Position numbers and translations under genes: made by a program. From a virus (Duplodnaviria; Caudoviricetes): a stretch of DNA of 25,435 nt. Position 1 is the first letter of the stretch; every line of letters starts with the position of its first letter. The stretch is taken from IMG/VR virus record IMGVR_UViG_3300020043_004524, positions 1 through 25,435 of that record; one strand, given 5' to 3'. This document shows, piece after piece, positions 19,238-25,435 of the stretch. The notes beneath the pieces are model-generated. The model was not told the DNA's origin. It ran no database searches and saw nothing but the letters and a program-made list of their open reading frames with translations.

Positions 19238-20065
19238 TCAGGTGTTGGCTTCAAGGATCTGGCAGTCGCTGGCGATGTTCTCGCGCAGCTGCTGCATCAC
19301 CGCCTTGATCGCGTCGTCACGCACAACGTGGAACCGGATCAGCTCGTACCACATCGTGATTTTTCCGCCGTTCAACCGGTACCGGAAATTGGCGTCAATG
19401 GCATAGCGCTGACTACCGCGAAACAGTTGCACGCCCAGCTGCAGCTTCACAGGAATCTGCAACTGACCGCTGGCGCCGGCTGACCCCTGGATAGTCTCGT
19501 TGTACTGGAATTGCACCTGGCCGTTCTCCAGCCGGATATGGCTGCGGAAATCCACCCCGGTCTTGGCCTGCAGCGTGGTGGCAATCTCCAGCATCAAGGC
19601 GGGTTCAGGTGCGTGTATTTCCGGCAGGCCGTCCTCGATAAAGCTGGCAAACGTGGTCTGGTCCATGGCCTTTTTGTCGCTGTTGACCCACTTCTCGGCC
19701 TCCGGCGTCAGCACAAAGTCATAAACCACCGCATGGCGACACCAGCGTTGACCCGGCCAGTCGTCAGACTCGTGGTAATCCAGCACGCCAAGAATCCGCT
19801 GCTTTTCGTAGTCCACAAAAATCGTGGAGTTCTGATCACAAAAGCGGTTGAAATACTCGATAAAGCTTTGAACAGACTGCGTGTTCACCGTCTTTTGCAG
19901 ATCCACCGGCCGTTCGCGCATGTGCTCGAAACGCTCCAGCTTGAAGCCCTGGGGCACAATCACGCAGGGGGTACCGGAAATTTCAAAGGGTTTCACGATC
20001 TCGGCCATCAGCCCGGCATTCAGGCCAGACTGCAGCTGCATCACAACATCGGGTTGGTTTTCCAT
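19238..20065 (-). CDS. DUF2303 (YfdQ-like) family protein
   Basis: SFIEYFNRF, GVLDYH, MDQTTFASFIED, RLENGQVQFQYNE and FRYRL motifs. Confidence 0.88.
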   Translation of the reverse strand: MENQPDVVMQLQSGLNAGLMAEIVKPFEISGTPCVIVPQGFKLERFEHMRERPVDLQKTVNTQSVQSFIEYFNRFCDQNSTIFVDYEKQRILGVLDYHESDDWPGQRWCRHAVVYDFVLTPEAEKWVNSDKKAMDQTTFASFIEDGLPEIHAPEPALMLEIATTLQAKTGVDFRSHIRLENGQVQFQYNETIQGSAGASGQLQIPVKLQLGVQLFRGSQRYAIDANFRYRLNGGKITMWYELIRFHVVRDDAIKAVMQQLRENIASDCQILEANT

Positions 20066-20092
20066 GATGGTCTCGGGGTTGGTTAGAGTGGG

Positions 20093-20377
20093 TTAGGCAG
20101 TATGTTTGCTTAACAAGATTCTCCTTTCGATTTTGTTAAGTAACTCTAAATCTAAAGGATTGTTTTGGCGCATCCATTTTATTCGTAAAAAAACATGGTC
20201 ATCATAAGTTGCTATAGGCTCACCATCAAAAGTGGCACTCATCATAACCATAGACTCATCACCACAAATTATAGCTGGTGCATATACGTCGTTATTATTG
20301 TCAATCCCTGCTGTTCTTTGCCATTCAGGGGCTTTTTTACTATTGCCACCAACAGTAAAAAACTCAATATTGCTCAT
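20093..20377 (-). CDS. AT-rich 94-aa hypothetical cassette protein, inverted relative to attC
   Basis: GGAGA SD before ATG 20377; the TAA stop lies inside the core site. Confidence 0.8.
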   Translation of the reverse strand: MSNIEFFTVGGNSKKAPEWQRTAGIDNNNDVYAPAIICGDESMVMMSATFDGEPIATYDDHVFLRIKWMRQNNPLDLELLNKIERRILLSKHTA

Positions 20378-20405
20378 AATTTTCTCCAATTCATCGTTAA
20401 AATAT

Positions 20406-20490
20406 GCCTAACTCTCATTCAAGCCGACACTAACCTAGCCTTGCTTTGTAATAAGTCAGGGGCGGTGCGGCTTAATTTAATCAGTTGGGT
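20406..20490 (+). other. attC: attC recombination site (85 bp)
   Basis: R'' GCCTAAC; L'' ATT[C]AAGC; CG[A]CAC; 34-nt variable terminal structure; GTGCG; L' GCTTAAT; R' GTTGGGT (fits GTTRRRY). Confidence 0.88.
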
Positions 20491-20859
20491 TCAAACAACG
20501 CGCTTGAGTTCGCCGGCGGGTGCCTCAACGGTTTTCACGGCGCTGGTATCCAGAGCCACCGACACCAGCGGCAACTTCTGCTGGCGCGGGTCTTCGCGGG
20601 TCAAGTTACCTTCCGGCGTGCCAAAGAAAATCGTCTGTTCCTTCGGCAAGCTGGGCAGCTTTTGCTTGATCTCGTCGGTCAAAAAATACTGACCGCTGGC
20701 GCCCTGGGGCTTGATGTTGATCACCAGCGTCAGCGTGGCGTTTTTGCCGGTGCTGCTGGCGCGGTCAACGCATTCGGCCAGCTTCTCTGACAGTTCCTCC
20801 GCCGCAGCGCCATATCGCAGCTGGTTGAGGGTAGAAACAAACAAATCGGGGCGTTTCAT
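20491..20859 (-). CDS. Conserved partner of DUF2303 (YfdP-like)
   Basis: TGKNATLTLVINIKP and FFGTPEGNLTREDPRQQKLPL motifs; GAGG SD. Confidence 0.82.
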   Translation of the reverse strand: MKRPDLFVSTLNQLRYGAAAEELSEKLAECVDRASSTGKNATLTLVINIKPQGASGQYFLTDEIKQKLPSLPKEQTIFFGTPEGNLTREDPRQQKLPLVSVALDTSAVKTVEAPAGELKRVV

Positions 20860-20864
20860 GGGTG

Positions 20865-21335
20865 TCACCTCTGTGTTTTCTGGTGCGACTTGCCGTGCTT
20901 GGCAAGCAGGGTTTGCAGACCGTCTGCAATTCGGGTCTTCCAGGCGTTGCTGGGGATCATGTGTTTCTGGAACCAGTTGGCCAGCGTCAGGCGCGGCACG
21001 CCTGTCAGCTCGGCTAGCTGCTTGTAGGTCAGGCGGGCGCTGAATAGGTCATGCTGGATATCAAACGACTCCGGCCAAGGGATAGCTCTCCTGCCTCTGC
21101 CGCGCACCGCATCATCCTGTTGGGCGCAGTCCTTTGTTTGTTGCGGAGCCCGGTGCGGCGGTAGCGGCGCCGGCGTATATCCGGGCAAAACAGTTACCTT
21201 TCCGCCACGACGCAAGAACTCCTCAACCTCTCGCTCCAGCTCCTGACGCATGGACTGGTTGGCATGTCTGGCAGTCGCCAGCGGCACGCTCTTGCGCAAG
21301 CTCCTGTCCATAAACTCCGCATCACCGACTCGCAT
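20865..21335 (-). CDS. Putative regulator: SutA-like RNAP-binding motif plus XRE-type HTH
   Basis: GAGGAGG SD; RQELEREVEEFLRRGGKVTVLP; LTYKQLAELTGVPRLTLANWF. Confidence 0.7.
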   Translation of the reverse strand: MRVGDAEFMDRSLRKSVPLATARHANQSMRQELEREVEEFLRRGGKVTVLPGYTPAPLPPHRAPQQTKDCAQQDDAVRGRGRRAIPWPESFDIQHDLFSARLTYKQLAELTGVPRLTLANWFQKHMIPSNAWKTRIADGLQTLLAKHGKSHQKTQR

Positions 21336-21591
21336 GGCTGGGCCTCCTCGCCACCTCGCGGGGGGCGCGCCATGGAAGCAGCTTGATGCCGTATTCCGTG
21401 GCCATGCATTTGCGCTCAATCAGCAGCATGCTGTTGTCCCAGCTCAGCCGGTTGTTGGTGCTGTGCAGCTGCATGTTTTCCGTCATCAAACGGCGGCGTT
21501 CGCGGGCTGCCATACGCAGTTCGTGCAGACACAGCAGCAGGGCTACTGCGGTTATGACAAGCGCCACGGACAAATAGATCTGGTCCATCAC
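21322..21591 (-). CDS. Small protein with an N-terminal TM segment and a coiled coil
   Basis: IYLSVALVITAVALLLCL followed by heptad-spaced leucines. Confidence 0.65.
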   Translation of the reverse strand: MMDQIYLSVALVITAVALLLCLHELRMAARERRRLMTENMQLHSTNNRLSWDNSMLLIERKCMATEYGIKLLPWRAPREVARRPSHASR

Positions 21592-21598
21592 GCGGCCC

Positions 21599-21751
21599 TC
21601 AGTGCACGGTCACGGCCAGCAGCTGGCCGGTGCTGTCGGTGTAGAGGACTGCGTGCAGTTGATCCTGCAAACGCGCAATGTGGTCCGGACTGCTCAGCAC
21701 GTCATGCGTGACCTGGGCGGCGGGGTTGGCGATGGGGGTGATGCTGGCCAT
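21599..21751 (-). CDS. 50-aa hypothetical protein, first gene of the leftward operon
   Basis: GGAG SD before ATG 21751. Confidence 0.6.
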   Translation of the reverse strand: MASITPIANPAAQVTHDVLSSPDHIARLQDQLHAVLYTDSTGQLLAVTVH

Positions 21752-21781
21752 GGCGGCGGCTCCGTTGTTGTTGTGCTGTGG

Positions 21782-21830
21782 TTGCACGATATACCAACAA
21801 GGTATAATATGACAATACCCAAACGGGATA
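21782..21830. promoter_or_regulatory. OL/PL region: two operators and putative overlapping promoters on both strands
   Basis: Operators TATACC-AACAA-GGTATA (21790-21806) and AATACC-CAAAC-GGGATA (21814-21830). Minus strand has TTGTCA-18-TATCGT. Plus strand has TATAAT at 21803-21808. Confidence 0.75.
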
Positions 21831-21841
21831 TTGGAGAAAAA

Positions 21842-22382
21842 GATGAAAAATGTTGATGACACGCTGAACGATCGCGGGCAGCACTACGGGGATTTTGCGC
21901 GCACCTTTGATGTGATCCAGCAGATCAAGGGGGCGCTCAAGGATGGGGCAGGCTGGGCAGACATGCCGCCAGAACGGCGCGAGGCGCTGGAGATGATTGC
22001 GGTGAAGATGGGGCGGCTGGTGAGCGGTGACTCAGGTCATGCCGACAGCTGGCATGATATTGCGGGGTATGCGCGGCTGGTGGAGCAGTCCGTACTGGAA
22101 AAGGCTTCGCCGCTGGAAGCGCTAAAGATTCCGGTCCGCTTGGTGTTTGATGATGAGGCCGGCGCTGTGAAGAAGTGTGTTGACTGCAGGAGCTTTGTCT
22201 TTGTTGAAAATCCGGAGAAAGGGATGACCTATCAACAATGCCGCCACCCGGCATTGGTTGATCCGGTTGACGGCTCCAGAGCGAATTGTTTTCAGGTTAG
22301 AAAAGGTTCGTCATCACTTCATGCTTGTGGGGTTGAAGGCCGGTATTTTGTCGAGAGAGCTGATAACGCCATCCAACGATAA
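21842..22382 (+). CDS. DUF6378-like domain fused to a Cys-rich C-terminal domain (start approximate)
   Basis: GGAGA SD; TLNDRGQHYGDF, ALEMIAVKMGRL and DSWHDIAGYARL motifs; CVDC...C...C...CG. Confidence 0.8.
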
Positions 22383-22559
22383 CCCCAGCTGCACGGCATG
22401 ATAATCCTGTGCCGCAGTCGTCATGAACGCGGCAATCAATTCCGGGTGCTTTTGTGCGTATCCATCGCCAAATTTGGCATCTATGCAGCGTATTGCCGCC
22501 AGCATGTATTCGTTGGCGGTGTCTGCCGCATGCTTCATTCGTAGCGCTTCATTGTTCAT
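22314..22559 (-). CDS. Hypothetical protein downstream of the repressor gene
   Basis: AGGA SD; IDAKFGDGYAQKHPELIAAFM looks like a phage-type conserved motif; probably co-transcribed with cI. Confidence 0.7.
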   Translation of the reverse strand: MNNEALRMKHAADTANEYMLAAIRCIDAKFGDGYAQKHPELIAAFMTTAAQDYHAVQLGLSLDGVISSLDKIPAFNPTSMK

Positions 22560-22573
22560 GGTTGGTTTTCCTG

Positions 22574-23278
22574 TCAAAGTGTCCCGCCTTGCCATACCAC
22601 CCGCCCGATAATCCGCACATCGGGCGACTCCTCAGAATCAATCACCTCGTCCGGAAACTCCGCTTTGTTGGGGTTGTCGGACGATACCCGGTACCGGCTG
22701 GCGCCAACGCGGTGCAGCCGCTTCACCCGTTCCTCGCCAAACCAGTTCAGCACATATACCCGGCCGCTTTCCGGCGCGGTCTGGCTGGTGTCCACCAGCA
22801 GCACGGCGCCGTCGGTAATGGTGGGGGCCATGCTGTCCTGGCGCGCGTAGATCACTACCAGATTGGCGGCTTTCCACCCCCTGTCGCGGATCCAGCTGCG
22901 CATAAAGGCCAGCCCGCCGTTCACTTCCACATGATCATTCAGCAGGCCGTTGCCGCAGGCGGCGTGGACGTTGTACCTGGGGATGATGATGTGAGTTTCT
23001 TCGCTGGGAGACTTTGGATCTGACGGCTGGCCTTCGTGTTCTTTTTCAGCTTCGGGGGGATGTTCCTTATCCATCCAACCGTGGGGAAGGTTGAACGCTT
23101 TTTCAATTTCACGGGAAATGGTTGGTCCAATCCCTTTTGATGGGTTTCTCCCGATGTAGTTGCTGATCAAGGCGGTTGGCTTTCCCAAAAGGTCGGCCAA
23201 GCCTTTGATTGGGTGCACGGGGTCGGCTTGCCTGGCCAGTCTTCTGGCGTTTTCCAGGCGGATTTCTCTAGTGATCAT
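22574..23278 (-). CDS. cI: CI-like repressor (HTH plus S24 peptidase)
   Basis: N-terminal HTH; AACGNG cleavage region; QDSM catalytic Ser; VKRL Lys; IIGRVVW C-terminus. Confidence 0.93.
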   Translation of the reverse strand: MITREIRLENARRLARQADPVHPIKGLADLLGKPTALISNYIGRNPSKGIGPTISREIEKAFNLPHGWMDKEHPPEAEKEHEGQPSDPKSPSEETHIIIPRYNVHAACGNGLLNDHVEVNGGLAFMRSWIRDRGWKAANLVVIYARQDSMAPTITDGAVLLVDTSQTAPESGRVYVLNWFGEERVKRLHRVGASRYRVSSDNPNKAEFPDEVIDSEESPDVRIIGRVVWQGGTL

Positions 23279-23297
23279 GCCGGGATTACACATTCTT

Positions 23298-23366
23298 TAT
23301 ACCTGTTTGGTAAATGGCCTTGTTGGTATTGCTGACATGGGTTACGCTATACCAACATGGTATAGT
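23298..23366. promoter_or_regulatory. OR region with three operators and putative PR/PRM
   Basis: Operators TATACC-TGTTT-GGTAAA (23298-23314), ATGGCC-TTGTT-GGTATT (23314-23330) and TATACC-AACAT-GGTATA (23348-23364). Extended -10 TGgTATAGT. Confidence 0.78.
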
Positions 23367-23376
23367 GAGAATCACG

Positions 23377-23625
23377 ATGAAGCTCCAGGCCTACATTCGC
23401 AGCCTCGATCCTGAGCAGTTGCGCATTTATGCGGATGCGTGCGGAACATCTGCCGCTTATGTGCAGATTCATCTTCTGCATGCCAGGAAGACTCCGCGCG
23501 CGCCGCTTCTCAGGGCATTGGCTTTCAACTCCGGCGGCGCAGTGACCGAGCTGGAAGTTCTCCAGCATTTTGGCCTGATCGAGGCCCCTGATGAGGACAG
23601 CGTAGCGACAGAAGCCGCCGCCTGA
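23377..23625 (+). CDS. cro: Cro-like (YdaS-type) regulator
   Basis: Divergent from cI; YADACGTSAAYV HTH; SGGAVT motif. Confidence 0.85.
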   Translation: MKLQAYIRSLDPEQLRIYADACGTSAAYVQIHLLHARKTPRAPLLRALAFNSGGAVTELEVLQHFGLIEAPDEDSVATEAAA

Positions 23626-23672
23626 CTACGGCGGATGCTTCCGCCGCCTGCCACAACAACAACACGGGACCC

Positions 23673-24167
23673 ATGCCCATGAACCAACAACAACGCGCCA
23701 CCCGCACAGTGCTGCCGCTCAAGGCCGCCATATATCACGCTGTCCACGACATACGCGGCGGCGTGGGCTCCATTGCCGGTGCCTACGGCTACAACGTCAA
23801 CACCCTGCAGCACAAAATCAGCCTCACCAACGACGGCCGCCACGTGCTCACCGTGCCCGAGCTGGCCTCCATCCTGGAGTACACCCGCGACCCGCGCATC
23901 ATGGACAGCCTGTGCCATGTGTTTGGCGACGCCGCGTGGTTTGACCTGAGCGGCCTGGCATCCCTCACCGACGCCAGCCTGTTCAAGCAGGTCGGCGAAA
24001 TGGTCAGCCTGGTGGGCGATACCACCACCCACGTGGCCGAGGCCATGGCCGACGGCTACATCAGCGCCGACGAACTGGCCCAGCTGGAGCGCGATGCCGC
24101 CCGCCTGCATGCCACTATCCAGACGCTGATCAGCACCGCCCGGGCGCGCATGGAAGGAACCGCATGA
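23673..24167 (+). CDS. Phage regulatory CII-family protein
   Basis: TLQHKIS...HVLTVPEL and AMADGYISADEL motifs; lies after cro. Confidence 0.85.
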   Translation: MPMNQQQRATRTVLPLKAAIYHAVHDIRGGVGSIAGAYGYNVNTLQHKISLTNDGRHVLTVPELASILEYTRDPRIMDSLCHVFGDAAWFDLSGLASLTDASLFKQVGEMVSLVGDTTTHVAEAMADGYISADELAQLERDAARLHATIQTLISTARARMEGTA

Positions 24168-25435
24168 ACAACCTGGACAATGTCAGCCAGCAAATGCAGC
24201 GCCTGGGCATCAACGTCGCCCCGGCGGATCTGCGCATAGACGGCCGCATCCACCGCGTACCGGTGGACGGGCAGGGCCGCAGCAAGAAAAACGGCTGGTA
24301 CGTGCTGTACACCATGTACCTGCGCAACGGCGACATGGTCATCACCGGCAGCTACGGCAACTGGAAGACCGGGGAATCCGCGGTCATCGAGTTGGAAAAG
24401 CGGGAATGGTCAGATGACGAAAAGCGCGACTATGCCGAACGCATGGCCGCTGCCCGCAAGGAAGCCGAGGAAGAACAGGCCCGCTTGCACCAGGAATGCC
24501 GCACCCGCGCCAACACCATCTGGGGCAAGCTGCCGGACTCCGGCGCCAGCCCGTACCTGCGCCGCAAAAAGGTCAACGCCTACGACGTGCGGTTCAGCCG
24601 CGACAACGTGATTGTGCCGCTGTACAACCTGGGCGGCGATCTTGTCAGTTTGCAATTCATCGCCGCCGATGGCAGCAAGAAGTTTTTGACCGGCACGCCA
24701 AAGAAGGGGAACTTCCACGTTATCCCCAACCGTCTGGCACTGGATGCCGCGCCGGTCATTGCCATCTGCGAGGGTTACGCGACCGGCGCCAGCATCAACA
24801 AGGCGCTGGGCTGGCCGGTGGTGGTGGCCTTTGACGCGGGCAACCTGGTGCCGGTTGCGGACAGCATCCACCGCGCCTACCCGGAATCCCGGCTGGTCAT
24901 CTGCGGCGACAACGATGCCAGCGGCGTGGGTCAGGAAGCGGCAGGCCGCGCAGCGGCTCAGGTTGGCGGGCTGGCGGCTATCCCGTCATTCCCCGGCGCT
25001 GCTGACGGCCTCAGCGACTGGAACGACCTGCATGTCATGCACGGCCTGCGGTCTGTTCAGCAGCAGCTGACGGACATCGTCGAGGGTCGCCAGCCGGTCA
25101 ACGCCGCGCCGCCGCCGTCAGAACCCGAACCTTCCCACTCCCAACCGGATAACGCGCCAGAATCCAGCCATAGCGGCCAGTTTGCCCGCTACAGCCACGA
25201 CGACATGCTGGGCAACTTCAGCTTGATCTACGGCACCGACACCGTCTGGGACACCCGCGAGCACATGCAAATGCGGCTGTCTCACCTTCGCCACATTGTG
25301 GGCCGGGACGCTTACAAGGATTGGGACAACGACCCGCGTCGCCAGATTGCCCGTGGCTTGGCGTTCGAACCCTCTGGAGCTGTGCCGCCGCACTACATCA
25401 ACCTGTTCCGGGGGTTCCCGCTCACACCCGCGCGG
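24164..25435 (+). CDS. TOPRIM DNA primase (probable primase-helicase fusion), 3'-truncated; absent from the ORF track
   Basis: Translated by hand from ATG 24164: KNGWY, SPYLRRK, SLQFI, ICEGYATG, VAFDAGNL, CGDND, SDWNDL, then INLFRGF. Confidence 0.92.
   Translation, partial: MNNLDNVSQQMQRLGINVAPADLRIDGRIHRVPVDGQGRSKKNGWYVLYTMYLRNGDMVITGSYGNWKTGESAVIELEKREWSDDEKRDYAERMAAARKEAEEEQARLHQECRTRANTIWGKLPDSGASPYLRRKKVNAYDVRFSRDNVIVPLYNLGGDLVSLQFIAADGSKKFLTGTPKKGNFHVIPNRLALDAAPVIAICEGYATGASINKALGWPVVVAFDAGNLVPVADSIHRAYPESRLVICGDNDASGVGQEAAGRAAAQVGGLAAIPSFPGAADGLSDWNDLHVMHGLRSVQQQLTDIVEGRQPVNAAPPPSEPEPSHSQPDNAPESSHSGQFARYSHDDMLGNFSLIYGTDTVWDTREHMQMRLSHLRHIVGRDAYKDWDNDPRRQIARGLAFEPSGAVPPHYINLFRGFPLTPAR

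Larger units (their letters stand above)
20092..20490 (+). mobile_element. Integron-type gene cassette (solitary, no intI in window)
   Basis: Core site G/TTAGGC at 20092-20098, AT-rich cargo, and attC at 20406-20490 whose R'' is the exact complement of the core site. Confidence 0.85.

Noticed and set aside
16750-20065. Additional attC sites forming a cassette array
   Set aside because: I found no other R''/L''/L'/R' arrangement by eye, and genes here are tightly coupled. A covariance-model scan is needed to exclude degenerate sites.
20378-20425. Dedicated promoter for the cassette ORF (TTGAAT-17-TAACGA on the minus strand)
   Set aside because: The -10 lacks the conserved final T and the -35 is simply part of the attC L'' box, so it is too weak to call.
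20406-20490. Plain terminator or tRNA explanation for the hairpin
   Set aside because: There is no tight GC stem with a T tract and no cloverleaf. The asymmetric bulges and matching core site fit attC much better.
24410-25393. Short ORFs listed in the track over the right end
   Set aside because: They overlap the primase frame starting at 24164, which the track omits because it has no stop within the window.

Overview
The window is a contiguous piece of a GC-rich temperate HK97/lambda-like siphophage or prophage, probably with a proteobacterial host. On the + strand (1-16773) is a complete morphogenesis operon: terminase, portal, ClpP-type protease, HK97 capsid, head-tail joining genes, tail tube, chaperone with a -1 frameshift, tape measure, tail tip and a collagen/YadA-like fibre. 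On the - strand (16751-21751) is an early-left accessory operon. It is followed by an immunity region (two operator clusters of TATACC-N5-GGTATA, S24 repressor, Cro, CII-like gene) and a TOPRIM primase running off the right edge. No integrase or lysis genes are visible. The main finding is a complete integron-type gene cassette at 20092-20490. It has a core site GTTAGGC, an AT-rich ORF in inverted orientation, and a canonical attC with both extrahelical bases. It sits in the spacer between two normally adjacent phage genes, with no integron integrase in the window. Other points of interest are a SutA-like RNAP-binding motif fused to an HTH domain, matching CAA-repeat leaders before the first PL gene and cII, and an unannotated acidic micro-ORF. 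All calls come from reading the sequence by eye; no searches were run.
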